From Psammoneis japonica (Eukaryota): DNA of 64,000 bases. The translations under genes were made by a program, and so were the position numbers. The notes beneath the pieces were generated by a model. It made no database searches. It had not been told where the DNA came from and saw only the letters and a list, made by a program, of their open reading frames with translations. Below, in pieces: positions 1 through 13,199 of the stretch (position 1 is the first letter of the stretch; the number at the start of each line of letters is the position of its first letter). The DNA lies in contig QPGO01000125.1 of assembly GCA_008632985.1 (NCBI GenBank), forward strand, positions 1 to 64,000, given 5' to 3'.

Positions 1-2067
1 CCAGCCAGAGAGCCACAAAGGGTGGGCGGCACAGGCTGCAACCAAACTCACTCTCAAAATCTTCAACGTTGCACAGCACAAAATTGCAAAAGCAGATCAC
101 GGAAGACACACACCCCACTCACACAGGAAGGGGGCACAGATCACTGTTGCTCATTGGCCTCTGACATGTGCCAAAGGCATGTTGCTCAAACAACAACATG
201 ACAGCTCCACACTGCACTTCATTGTGTGGCATGGATGAAAATGTTGTGTGCACACACACAGCATTGAACATGACAGCACAGTCTCCACACTCACATCATC
301 AGCGTTGGAGCATTTTTCACGTCAGTGGCTCTTTGCACTCAATGGAGCATTTGCTTGGCAACAAGGAGTGGTGGCCAAAATTTCAGCTCATTTTTTGCAC
401 ATGCACACAGCTGAAAAGTTGTTTCATGCTGCCACTTTCAAAATGTGAGCTCCTTTCACACAAGGTGCTGAGCTGCTCCACATTGCCAACACCACAAGCA
501 AGTCAACCCAATGTCAATTTTGCTGTTGTCTGCACATCAAATTCTTTGCCCCCCTCAAGTTCTTGACAAGGGGTGGACAGTTGCAAGAATCAGTTTGTGG
601 TCAAATTTGCACCTGGCCACATTTCTTGGCTGCTGCTGCAAAACAAGGGAGCCCCAATGACTTGCTGCAAACCCAGCAGGAATGGAAACCAGGCTGCAAC
701 TCTGCTTGCACCATCTCCACCAACCCATCCAGGCCACCTCTGCTGCCACATCTTCCTTGTCTCCCAAGCTGCCACCACTCCTGCCTCCAGCCAAAGGAGG
801 GCAAGGGTTGCCCCGCCAAGTCCAAGGCCACTGTTGCTGTTGCTGAAATGCCCGATGCTGAGGCCTCCATCACACCATGCAGCCACAGGCAAAAAAGCAC
901 CACCAACAAGTCCTGAGCTGCCTCACTTCTGGTCAACTGATGCCCCAACTCTGGGCAGGGCTCTGCAGGGCGTGGGGGTGCCTGGAGAATTCTGTGCATG
1001 AGCTCCAGCACAGTTGGTGTGTTGGGTGGCAAACACATTTGTCTTTGATGCCCAAATGAACAACCACTTTTGCAGCACCGTGGACTCTGGTGTTTGTGAA
1101 AATCAGGTGGTGGCTCCACATTTGTGCTCTGGGACATCGCGTGCACTCTTGACAAGCAACCAAAAAATTCAAGGGGAAATTTAGAATGACAAGAACACAC
1201 AGGCATCTCCATGGTTCCCAGTGTGCACTTTTCTTCCACGGGGCTTCAACATTTGCATGCACACCAAGAGCGGTGACGGCGCTGTCCCCAAACTCACATT
1301 GTCAGCATTGGGCACATTTCATGTGGCGCTTGTTGCTTGCGGGTGCAAGCACTCCTTTGCCATTTTCATGTGTTTGCAGAGAATGTCTGAAGAGAGCATT
1401 TTTTTGTCAACTGCGAGCCATTTGAGGAAAAAATGCAGCACACGCATTTTGCACTTGCTGTGCAAACAACGTGCAATGGCGTGGTGGATGGACTGAGCCA
1501 CTCATTCTCAAACATGGGTTCTTGGTCTCTGGTGTCCAAGTTTCTTTACAAACTTTTTGTCAAGAACCGTGCTGCACAAGGCAAAAAGACTCAGATGCCA
1601 GACTGCCTCTGCTGCATTCCATGAACAGCATTTCTGTCATTGCCATGTCATTCACATGGTGAGCACAGAATTCATGTTCAACCCATTTAAACATCTTTCC
1701 CCAAGTGTCGCACAGTTGATTGAAGCCGCTGCTTTGTTCTTTTTTGTGGCCATGTTTGACTCAATTGAAGTGAACAACTCTGGTGTGATTGACAAGATTG
1801 TGAAGCAAAAGAGGCGGCACTTTGCTTGGCACACATTTGGTGCTGCTGACAGCATCAAAGGTGGTGTGCTGCTTGGCGCAGAAGCTGGCGAAGTCATGGA
1901 TTGCTCATCACTTGGCAGCACTGCTGCAGACGGGTGTGGCCTGTGTGATGCACACAACTGGCTTGGTGCTGCAAGTGGTGCGTGCATGATGATGGCGCAT
2001 TGCCAGGCAGAAAATGTGCAGCTGTTGACAGCATGGCACTTGGACCTGCACCAGGGGCTTTGAACAG

Positions 2068-2071
<4 letters not shown>

Positions 2072-2126
<55 letters not shown>
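2072..2126. repeat. (GT)n microsatellite
   Basis: Perfect GT run visible in the sequence. Confidence 0.95.
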
Positions 2127-2127
<1 letters not shown>

Positions 2128-2575
2128 TGTGGTGTGTGTGAGGTGTTTGCAGGACATTTGTGAGATGCGCGCAAGGTGTCATGTGCGTGAGATGTGTGCG
2201 AGGTGTTTGCACAAGATGTGTGCAAAATGTGCCAAAGATGTTTGTGAGTTGCGCGCAAGATGTGCGCGAGGCATTTGTTGCAAGGTGTGTGCGAGATGTG
2301 CGCAGGGTGCGCGCAAGACATGTGCAAGAGGTGTGCTTGGTGTTTGGAAGATGTTTGTTGTTGTGAAGCTGTGTGCAAGAAGTGTGCGATGGGCACCCAC
2401 AAGATTTGTGCAAGAAAGTGGTTGGCAGACATGTGTGAGGTGTTTGCAAGCAGGTGCTTGTGAGGCATGTGCAAGATGTTTGCAAGGTGTGCGTGAGTTG
2501 CACGTGAGGTGTGTGTGCAAGATGTGCACAAAGTGTGTGCAAGAGGTGTCATGTGAGGTGTTTGCAAGATGTGTG
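2127..2575. repeat. Degenerate short-period tandem repeat (GTGTGCAAGAT/GAGGTGTTTGCAAG-like)
   Basis: Recurring tgcaagatgt / gaggtgt motifs running into the gap. Confidence 0.75.
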
Positions 2576-2881
2576 NNNNNNNNNNNNNNNNNNNNNNNNN
2601 NNNNNNNNNNNNNNNNNNNNNNNNNNNNNNNNNNNNNNNNNNNNNNNNNNNNNNNNNNNNNNNNNNNNNNNNNNNNNNNNNNNNNNNNNNNNNNNNNNNN
2701 NNNNNNNNNNNNNNNNNNNNNNNNNNNNNNNNNNNNNNNNNNNNNNNNNNNNNNNNNNNNNNNNNNNNNNNNNNNNNNNNNNNNNNNNNNNNNNNNNNNN
2801 NNNNNNNNNNNNNNNNNNNNNNNNNNNNNNNNNNNNNNNNNNNNNNNNNNNNNNNNNNNNNNNNNNNNNNNNNNNNNNNNN
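2576..2881. other. Assembly gap (N run)
   Basis: ~306 N. Confidence 0.99.
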
Positions 2882-3849
2882 AGAAGGGTCAAGCAGCAGA
2901 TGTGTTTTCTGGCTGAATGTGCATCACCTGGCTCTGAAGATGCTGGAGCTGATGAAGTCACAGTTGATGGCACATTGCTTGGCTCAAATGATTGATGCAG
3001 CAATGATGTGTCACTCGCGGCGCTGCTTGGTGTGGACGCAGGAGGGAGGAGGGTGTGAGTGATGGTGTGTTGCTTGCTTCCTGAGATGGCTTTGTTGATG
3101 GCGGTGCTTCACTGGGCACTGCATGCACTTGGCAACTCTGATGTGTCAATTGATGGCAACTCAGGTGGCGGCCTGTTCCAGCTCCAGGTGCTCCGCTTTT
3201 CATCACGCTGGATTTTCTGCGCAGTTTTCAGCACCAGACATTTTTGTCTCCACCCGGCAGAGCTCGCACTTTTTGGCTTCATGCAAACATTGATCATTTT
3301 GATGATGCAACACATTCATGATGTCAATGCTCATGCACAACAACTGAGGTGCATGATGCGTCACAGGAAGAATCATGTCAGCTGGCATTTGACGTTTTTC
3401 TGGCGATGCGCAGAACAATGCTGACTTCTACGAACACGTGCCATCCACCCAACACACACCAGCCACAATGCAGCACACCACTGTCACCGCTCCACAACCC
3501 CCTCTTTGCCCTTGCAGTTGCATGGAACCGTCTGTTCCTTTCATTTCAAAGTTGCGTCATTGTCATCGCAACATGATTGCGGCTCTAAAGAGTTGCTGTC
3601 ATTGCGGACAACACCATCTCTTTGCACTCTCTCATTTCAAATTTGGCAAGTCGTTCCATTGTGTTTTTTTTTGCACGTCACCGCGCGCGTGTGTTTTTCT
3701 GGTTGCTTCTCACGTGTCGTTTTATGGCTGTTTTGCACCAGGGCCTTCGGAATTTCTGCAAAACTCAAGCATTCGCCCGAGCGTTCTCTGAGTGACAGTT
3801 TCTGCTGGAACAAACTTGTCTTGGTTTGTTTTCACTGTGACGCTTGCTC

Positions 3850-4100
3850 TTTGCACTTTTCAGCATCTGGAGCTGCCTCAGAGGCTGCCTCTGTTCATCT
3901 GCATCACTTTCGCGGCAACTGACGTTGGCCCCCCCCTCTCTGGAGTGCATTTGTTGCACAAGCGGGAGTGTGGCTCACTGTTTGGTGCTTTTCAGCATCT
4001 GGAGCTGCCTTGGAGGCTGCCTCTGTTCACCCACATCACTTTTGCAGTGACTGACGTTGGCCCCCTCTCTGGACGAGTGCATTTGTCGCACAAACAGGAG
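3850..4100 (+). repeat. ~127-bp direct duplication inside the Sola-like element
   Basis: cttttcagcatctggagctgcct..gaggctgcctctgttca...gacgttggcccc occurs twice. The copies differ by CA<->TG swaps. Confidence 0.85.
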
Positions 4101-4268
4101 TGCAAAAGCAGTGCATTTGCCATGGACACGTTGGCCAAAGCAGCCTCCCAGCAGCGTCCCGTTGGCGGCAGTCCCCTCAAGCAAACAATGACTCTTCCAG
4201 CACGTTGAAGGTTTCCTTTTGTTTCCAGCGTTGCGTCGAGGCACTCGCGGAACACCACCCACAGCAGG

Positions 4269-5840
4269 GTGAAGCCAAAACTTGGTGCACTGTGCCTCTC
4301 CAAGATGCAGTTGATCCCCCTTGAGTGCCCTCAAGGTCTTGTAGATTTGAGCATCTTGACCACAGAAGATTGTGGAACAAAGAAGACAAGCCATCTCTTT
4401 CATGTTCTTCATCACAAGAATGGTTTGGATGGGTTCAACAGTGCCAAAACACGGAGCATGTTCCGCGGCACTGTTGTCGATTGGTTTTGTGAAAAATTTA
4501 ACTCCGAGAATCGACCGCAACCAAACCAATGCATCAAGGACAAGAACCAGCACCTCTTGATGTTGGTTGTGGTGCCATCAGGAATGTCAATGAGGGATGC
4601 CATGAAGGACAAGCAAAATGTTGCTGCTGTTTTGATGCACCGTGTCAAGACAAACATTGGCCTGCTTGTTGATTGCATCCATGTGACAGAGTCTCCGGTT
4701 GTGTCAGTTGGGGCGGGCGATGAGAGTGAGTCGATCGCACCGTCGAGTCGAGGTGCATGTCCTTTTTTGACTGGACTTGCCCAAGCCATTTGCTGTGGTG
4801 TTGTCAAGAAGATGGATGCATGTCTTCATTGTCAGAAGACTTTGAAGTCTCATTGCATGGGAGTGATGGGTTTTGAGGACATCACGGACACCATGAGTGA
4901 TCGTTCTGATCTGGCGGACGTCCGCAAGCACTGGGACTGGGATGATCTCATGATGAATGATCAAGGCAACACTGTTGCCCTGTGTGCAAAGGAGAGGATT
5001 GCTCCAATGAGCTCTGCAATTGTTTTGGCATTGCCTCATTCCAGCGCCGAGTGTCAGAATGTCGCAACAGAGATCCGCAAGGATGAAGACTGTTGGGAGG
5101 AACCACTTGTTGAAGGAGGATGCATTGCTGATCATTCGTGCATTGCCAAGCGCCTGTTCCACTTGGCATCTTTGGTCAACATTCAAAACCCAGAAACGCA
5201 CGATGATGAAAAGCTGACTGAAGATTTGTGGACGCATGCGTGGCTGCCTTTTGGCGAGGTCGTGTTTCAAAGTTGGTGGCGAATTGAGTCTCCAAAGGGG
5301 GTGAAGAACAATTTTGAAATGTTGGCTTTGAAGGGGTTGGACGTCAAGTTCAAATGTGAAACAAGATGTCCCGTTCTATCTGCAAAACAGCACTGGGGTT
5401 CAATCTGCAACCATCACTCTGTTCCAAACGAAATTGCTCAGAGGAAGCAGGTGGACGAAAAGCCACTTCGAAAACCACGCATCAGCTACAAGAAGTTGAA
5501 GAAGCCCATTGTGGATCACAGTGACAATTGTGTTTTTCATGATGAGTGTTGCAAAAGGGAGAAGCTTGAACAGTCAGATGATGACATGCAGGAAGATCCC
5601 CACATTCCCGAACTTCCCACCAACGTGCCATGCAAAGTGCTCATGAGTTGCGTGAGTGGCTGCCGGAGGATTTTCTCATTTGGGCCATTCGACCCCAATG
5701 ACGGACTGCCATCCGAGGCCTTGTTTGACATCATTGCAGGTTGGTGGTGCAACCATGCATTGCGGATTGCCTCTGATGGTGAGTGCAGAGGCACCACTTG
5801 TCCGCCAGACCAGCAGTGCAAGCCTTTCAAGCCGCAATGA
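4269..5840 (+). pseudogene. Cargo ORF of the Sola-like element, possible GNAT-like acetyltransferase region
   Basis: 523-aa ORF. LLVD(C=Y)IHV...RG..FL...L(H=Y)C...(HC=YY)...MGF resembles GNAT motifs once Tyr is restored. Confidence 0.4.
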
Positions 5841-6491
5841 TGCTCCGAGTTGGTGGAGGCCATCACTGAAGACAAACACATGGTTGAAGTTCACTTCCCT
5901 GCCAGACCAAGCAGGAAGGAACATTTCAAAGAGCCGCTTGCTCACCTTGCTGATTGGTGCAAGGCAGCTCCTGGACTTGCATGGCACAAGTTTTGCAGAA
6001 GGATTCGTCACCATCGTTGCATGCATCACGCTGGTGCCCGTGATGCAGGGTTGAAGGAAGAGGTGGAGGAGGAGGAAGAGGAAGAGGGGAAGGAGGGCAC
6101 TGAAGAGACGGATGACCTGCAAAAGGCCGAGGCTGGCACTGCAAGGTTGCAACTGCAAGACAAAAACCAGGAGGAGGAAGATGGGGCCATGGATCAATCA
6201 CCTGAGGAAGAGGAGGAAGATGACGGTGTGCAAGACGAAATCTAGGAGGAGCAAGATCCAGAGGAAACTGAGGACGAGGAGGACGATGAACACAAGGAAG
6301 AAGTTTCTGCGGCTGCAGAAGAGAAGAGGGAGAAAGCCAAGACTGCTGAAGAGAAGAGGGAGAAAGCCAAGGCAGCTGAAGAGAAGAGGGAGAAAGCCAA
6401 GGCTGCAAGAGACAAGAGGGAGAAAGCCCCGGCCGCAGAACAGAAGTGGGAGACAGCGGGAGACGCTGGACACAGATGCTCGCATCAGACC

Positions 6492-7700
6492 TTGAAAGAA
6501 ACAACTGGAGTGCACAAGGATGAGGATCTCATTGGCCTTTGCAGCTCTGTCCCAAAACCAAGGCCAAAAGGAGACACTTCATGGTGTTGGTTGACCAAAG
6601 CGCAGCTGCACCAACAAGAAAGGGATCGACTCGAGCGTGAGTGCGAAGACGCTCAAGTGATGTTGCAGGTTAAAAAACTCATTTGGATTGATCCAAGCAA
6701 ATGGAACAGCAGGCGTCAGCGTCCTGGCGATTCCAAAGGAGCCGTTCCTCACTTGTTTGGTTGCTTTGAAGGGAAAAACAAGGGCATCATGTTGTGGGAA
6801 CCATGGTTTGACTTGCGATGCAATGAAATGAATGGCCATCCCATGAACACGTGTGCGGGCCTCATTTTACGTGCCAAACACAAACCAAATGTTCCCCAGC
6901 AACTCAATCGAAAATGCAGGGACGAGATTAAGAACAAGGTGGAATCGATTTGCAACCCACCACAGATTGCCAAACTGAAGAGATTGACTGAAGTGGAGAT
7001 TCAAAAACTTCCACCTGTTGGGCGGGGAGCTGATTTCATTGGTTGCAGCTTGGAGGGGAACCGTCCCATGTGTGCAACCCTGGATTGGGCTGAGTGCAAT
7101 TTCAAGTTTCGGTTTCCAGATGTGTGGAAAGATTTGAAAGAGTTGAAGCCATTGGATGGTTGTTGCTCCTTGCCGGAAGGAAGCGCGTTGATGCCATCGA
7201 ACAGCAACATGCCGACAAGCGGTCCACCCATGAAATTCCTGCAAGGACAAAATGACACTTGCGTTTTTTCCTCCCTGGCCAGTGTTCTTGATTGTGCTGG
7301 CGATGTGGAAATGAGAGACTGCATTGCTCCTCACATTCAAACATCTGCCAACCATGCTGACACTGACAACAAGCACATGTTGTTTGCAAAGAACATGTTG
7401 AACGGTTGTTTGAAGGGAAAATTCCCGCCTGAGAACTCAAACATGAAGTTTTGCAGCAGCATGGATCAAACGATTCCCCTTGCAGCAGGTGGTGAATTTG
7501 ACGTGACGACCTGCAATGATGACTTCATGACTTTGTGCCGTCTTGTGAACAACCACTGCATTGCCTTGCACCGTGGATGGATCTTTGATTCCAACCAACC
7601 TTTTGCATTGCCAGCAAAGGACATTGAGTGTTTCAATTGGTGTCTCAGGAACGAGGAACATGAGGTGAAATGCCTGGTCTGCAACAAGTGTTCATGGTGG
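6492..7700 (+). pseudogene. Cargo ORF with papain-like Cys/His/Asp peptidase motifs, preceded by a Glu/Lys-rich linker (6050-6480)
   Basis: QNDTCVFSSLASVL ... NHCIA..GWIFDSN gives Cys-His-Asp order and spacing. Confidence 0.45.
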
Positions 7701-10700
7701 TGCACCAGTTTGAACTTCCTGGGGCGGTGCAGCAGAAGTTGCGTGCAAAAAGGAAAGCTTTTGTGTTGGATGGCCAACCCAGTTGCACAAAATTGCCATT
7801 TTGTTTGTCCAAATTGTCGCTGTCACTGTCCCCTGCCGTGCTCTCATCATCCTCCACAGTGTCTTCCATGTTGTCATTCTCTCCCCCCCCACTCACCAGC
7901 AGCCCTCAAAATGATCCATTGCCTCCCGCTGACGGATGGCATCCAGAATTCCTTCATGCTCGACATCACTCAAATGACATGGATGAAGAAGTGAAGCCTC
8001 GTTCCTGTTGCATGCACTTGGCAGTTCCAGATTGGCTGATGGTTCATCAAGCTCAATGTTGGCAACTGCAATTTGCTTGAGCAACACTCTTGTCTTGCAT
8101 TCCTCAGCATCACTGGGAGTGTGCCATCCTCTGGCCCATGGAACAGGGTTAAGATGTGCTCCCTTGCAAACCCATTCACTGGCCTCAACAGTCATGGGCG
8201 GGTCAAACTCTTTCCAAACCTCGTCCTCCTGTGCTTTGTGGGGGAGTTCATCCCATTGCAGCAGACAGAATCCCTCCTCAGATTCACAAGACAATGTGGC
8301 GTGGCTGTTTGGAATGATTTCCTTGGCCATTTCCTCAGTCAGGAAGTCCAGCACAGATTTGTGAACCAACTGCACCTCGTTGGCGTCACTCTCATCTGTT
8401 TGAATCACCTGGCACACTTGCCAGTCGTTCAGTCCCTCAAAGATGGGTCGCAGTTTGCAAGCTCAGTTGCCACCTGCATGTCTTGGCTGCTCTGTTGGCT
8501 CGACATTTTTAACCCAAGGCCGTTTCAGCTGATCCAGGCAGGCTTCACATGCACAAGGAATTCTTTGCATCGCAGCCCAACCAATGGGGAAAAGAGGTTC
8601 AAATCGGAAATGGTGCAAGGCTCCAATGCCACAATGGCATGTGTGCACTTGCACCAATCCAATCAACTTGACTTTGATTGAAGAGCCAAGAACTTCGTCA
8701 GCTTCCTGCAGACAATGCACCCTTTGCATTGGCTTTCGAAGAGATTCCCTCTTGGCATGTTTTCTGTCACCAACTGCACCAAAAGCGCTCTTGTTCTTTG
8801 TGACCATTTTGTGACATTCCTTTGCACAACTGTGCGCGGCTGCAACACTGTTGTCATCCATGACCAAAGCTTCAGGTCTGATTTTCCCATCCTTGTCATT
8901 GACTCCTGCAACAGTTGTGGACTGCATTTCTTGATGTACGAGTGATTCAATGCAGGCTCCAATGCCATCAACCTCTCCTTTGCCATGTCCAGGTGCTCCA
9001 ATGGCACGGTCAAACACAATGTTGCATTTGTGCACAAAGACAGACAACAAGTGCAGTGCCAAAGCACATCGGTGTTGTTTGGCACAACCACCAGTGTGAT
9101 CCCAAAACACAAGCCACGCCTTGTGCAGGTTACGGTTTTTTAACCAGGTGACAAACTTTTCCAAGTGAGCATTGGTGGTGGTGGCATCTTGCTTGGAAGA
9201 GTCAGAGAGATGCACATGATGTGTTTTCTGAAGCTCATTGTCAACCATTGCATCGCAAACTCTTCCTTTGATTGACAATGTTCGGTTGTTGCCACAATGG
9301 TCACCCTGAACTTGGTTGTTGAACTCTGCCTTCTGATGCTCGGAGCAGTCATGAGACGTGAACAGGCTGTTGGGTGTTGACTCAAATGCTTTGCAACGCA
9401 TTTCCATGCAATGATTTTTTCTGAGAATGACCACGTGGGGAAGGTGGCAGCGGAGCTTCTCTAAACTTGGAATGCAGTGCTCTTTTGTAAAGACACCGAC
9501 TGGTTTTCGGAACCTTGTCAACAAGGTCCCACGTTTCACCTTTGCATCCTTGTTCCCATCTGGATCTGCCTCACAAACAGGACATGCTTCCATGCACACA
9601 CCATGCTTGGAACAACTTTTTGCAGTCAAGCAACATTGAAACAAAACTTGGGGTGCACTGGGACTTTCATTCTGTTCCAACAATGGAGTTGGATGGGATG
9701 GGCAATGCTCGCATTCACCCAAAACGCATTTCCAATGAGGATGATCCTGACCATTGACATTGCCACAAATGATGGTTGCAACTGCATCTCAGGCTTTAGG
9801 ATGAAGGTGATGGCCGTTGGGGCCAAACGCCTCCTCTTGACAGACACGCATTGTTCCCTCCAATTTGCCAAGGGCACTGTCATGGTTCTCCAAGTTCTCA
9901 GGGTCCTCACTCGCAAGCTTCGACCAATTTTGCTCCACCTCCATCTCTTTTAAAAGCTTCCTTCGAAACCTGTTCAATGCATCTTGTAGAAAATTGGCAC
10001 TGGTGCAATCGCTGCATTGACACATGCTGCATTGACTTGCACTCATTTTTTGACACTGCTTGGGAATCAAAAATCGAAACATCATGTCGCTGATGAGGGT
10101 CTTGCCATTGGCATCACATGCACGTTCGAATCCGCCAACAGACACAGGCTTCAACATGTCATTGTGCGGCTCACGCATGGACACATTGCGCAACCATTTG
10201 TTCACTCATTTCTTGTTTCCATCTTCATCTTTAATGAGAATCATGTCTCGTGTGTTGGGAGACTGCACTGTGTCGGGATGATTTGACAACCAGCGCACAA
10301 ATGCCTTTCGGATCTCAGGGGAAACTTTGTGAGGACGCCGATGGGGTTGCACTGAAGACCACATGACATTGTCAGTGTTTGAAGTCAATGCCTCTCTGGC
10401 AATCTTTCCCTTCTTCATTTGGTGACAAACAGTGCTCCGTTTCAGGCCAAGTGCCTTGGTGCAGTCATGGGAAGACAACTTTTCCTCTTCAGCAGATTTT
10501 TCTGGTGAACCGGAGATTCCAGTTGCAAGAGCACGGACAAACGATTTTTTGTCGTCAGTGAGGTGTTGACCATTGCTGGTGCCGTTGGCACGTGCCCACA
10601 TTTTGCCCAACTGCTTGGCAATTTGCAAGGCCGCAGAATTTGTTTTCGGCAATGCAAGTTGCAAGCCTGAAGAAATGGGGCCATTTCGGGAAAATGCAAA

Positions 10701-11120
10701 GCACACGCATGAACGCACAGATTTGTTGTTCTTGAGCGGCGGCGCAAAACAACACTCCTTCTCTCACTTTGACCACTGCACAACAAAGTGCCTGTTGGGG
10801 ATCCTTGTGGGTTGCTTCGAATGCATGAGGGTCAAAAGTGGGGCAACCTTGGGAGGCAGTGAGGTTGACAGCAGTTCGGTTGGCCGAAGCGACAGAGGGA
10901 GTGACGGCGGCATTGTCAGAGTTTGGGTTGGAGGGAGTGGTGGCCGCTCCTGCAGCATGCATTTGGGAGGGGGCTGGCTGTCTTGGCAAGGACAACCCTG
11001 GACAATGAGTGGGGTGTTCCTTGGAGGTGTTCAGGTTGAAAGCAGCCAGGTCGGTGGGAGCAACAGAGGGAGTGACGGCGGCATTGTCAGAGTCAGGGTT
11101 GGAGGGAGTGGCGGCCGCAT
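7645..11120 (-). pseudogene. Sola2-like transposase, fragmented, Tyr->Cys/His mutated
   Basis: Motifs D(C)SE...QVQGDH(C)G, HLSDSSKQD, W.....GCAKQ(H)RC and APGHGKGEVDGIG in ORF 8463-9722, with adjoining in-line ORF pieces. Confidence 0.7.
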
Positions 11121-13199
11121 TTCGAAAATCGAAAGGTGAGTGTGCACCCAAAAACACATGCAAAGTGCACACTTGCCCTTCGGTTTGGCAAAAAACGGAT
11201 TTCGAAAAAGTCATTTGCGCCAAACCCAAAAAGGCCAACGGTGGGAATCGAACCCACGCGGAGCACCTGGAGCTGGAACAGGCCTGGCATCAATGACAGC
11301 ACACACCACCAGGTTCAGCCAAGCAATGGAGTTGTCAATGGCACATTGCACAGAAGAATGTGCTGGGTGCCATGGCACAGGTGTTTGACATCACAGCAAA
11401 TCAAGCAAGTGAAAGCATGCTGCTCAGTTTGGCTGAGAGAGCCACACACAGAGCAGAGCTTGGTGCTGCACTTGGGGCTGCAGAAGGACTTTGTTCAGAT
11501 GATGAACATCAGGTTGATGGCACATCACTCACAATGGTGCTTGGTGTGGAGGAGGGTGCAAGAGACAGTGTGTGGCTTGCTTCCAAAGATGGCTTCATTG
11601 ACGGCACTTTGCTGCGGGCACCACAATTGACAACTCTGATGGGTTTGTTGATGGCAGGGTGGATGGCGACAATGACGGCATGCAACTGATGTCAGTGGAT
11701 GGAGTTGTCTTTGGTGCATTGCTTGGAAATGCACTGGGCAGCAAGTGATGGCGCGTGCTGCTGATGCATCACTTTTGCTGAGGGAGCCATGTGCACACAG
11801 AGCAGAGAGCCTGGCATTGCACTTGCAACATGGAATGAGCACAAAAGGCCAATTTTGTGCACAATGCTGTTGTGCAAACATGCAACACAAACAACTGCTT
11901 GTTTTTGATTGCAATGAAGGATTGAATTTGATCTCATTGTCCCTCAAAGCCTTGATGTCTGCCCTTCCATTTTGGCCTTGTGGCGGCTTTTGGTTGTTTT
12001 GGAATTTTCAAATTTTCGTGCATGAGGCCTGCTGTCAAACATTTTTTGGTTGTCCCATTCTCCATTGCAGACTGCTGCAACAGGCAGGCAGGAGAGTGAG
12101 GAATCTGAAAAAAAAACAGGATGTTCCAGCTCCAGGGTGGTGGAACACCTGGGAGCCCACAAACAAGGGGGCTCAAGACTTGTGTGATTTTAAGGTGCTG
12201 CGTGCGGCTCTCTGTCGGCACCACAACATGCATCAAGAACCTTTGCCTGGCTGGCACACAAGCTGTGTCTGCACACAAACCATCAGTGGGGTGGGTGCAA
12301 AAAGAAAGCCCGGAAGTCTCATGTCATCTTTGATGCCCACAGAACATGGCAAGCACACAGCATCTGCTGGACACAGCCACTGCCACCACAAAAAATGGGT
12401 GGACAGCAGACCAAGCCAAGTGCACTGGCGGGGCTTCTCATTGAACTCTGAGCTGGTGCAACCCCCCCCTTGGCTTTTTTCAAGAAAAGTTTGGTGCATC
12501 AGGAAGCACCTGAGTGTGGCAAAAACCCCGCTCCTCCTGTCTCATTGGCAGGAACCAAAAGGACATCATGTTGTGCTCACTCAACCTTGTCGTCCAGCAA
12601 ACACATGACGTTCTCTGTGAAAGTCACAATCTTGGCCCTCACATGCACAAAAAAAACAGCACTGTGCATGAAAACAGACCAAATTAACTCACAAAAGCCA
12701 TCTCAGTTGTTGTCAAGTTCCCCAAGCAGAGAGCAACAGTGTGCCAAGTTGCTTTGTGCAGCAGTTTTTCAAGTGCACAAGCTTCCAGCATGAGGGCATG
12801 ACAAACAAGTCATGCCAGACCACAAGGACAAGTTGCCAAGTGAGCTCAAAATGTCACAAAGTGAGCCAGGCAGTGCCCAAAGCCAGCCCCTGCAGAAGTT
12901 GCTCCAAGTGTTTTTGTTGAGCTCTCCAGCAAGTCAAACAGTTGCACACAGTTTTGGCGCAAGGTTTGAACCCCCCAGCATCTCCCCAAACACAGAAAGA
13001 CACAATGAGAGATGGAAGATTGCAAGGATGAGCAACCAAACAAATCAAATGAGGTGCACAAAAAATGATTTCCACAGCTGTTGTGTGCAAAAGTTGCTTT
13101 CCAGGTGTTTTTGTTCAGCTCCAAGCAGAGCAGCCTGTCATGCACAGCTGCAGCGAAGCATTTCCTGCACACATCTCCCAATGAGACCAGCAGCACCAG

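Larger units (their letters stand above)
3170..11284 (-). mobile_element. Sola-like (probably Sola2) DNA transposon, 8.1 kb, hypermutated
   Basis: Perfect 27-bp TIRs GGCCTGTTCCAGCTCCAGGTGCTCCGC (3170-3196; reverse complement 11258-11284), 4-bp TSD TGGC on both sides, internal DDD-type transposase. Confidence 0.85.
2890..11690 (-). pseudogene. Decayed Pro/Ser-rich (PSxxPS repeat) host gene interrupted by the Sola-like element; remnants at 2890-3169 and 11289-11690
   Basis: Both flanks of the element share related repeat units (gttgatggcacat...cttggtgtgga...gcttgcttcc..agatggctt...caactctgatg). The minus strand reads PSNVPSTVTSSAP / PSEAPPSTKPS. Confidence 0.5.

Noticed and set aside
12119..12141. 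Additional Sola-like terminus (gatgttccagctccaggg)
   Set aside because: No inverted partner or TSD found.
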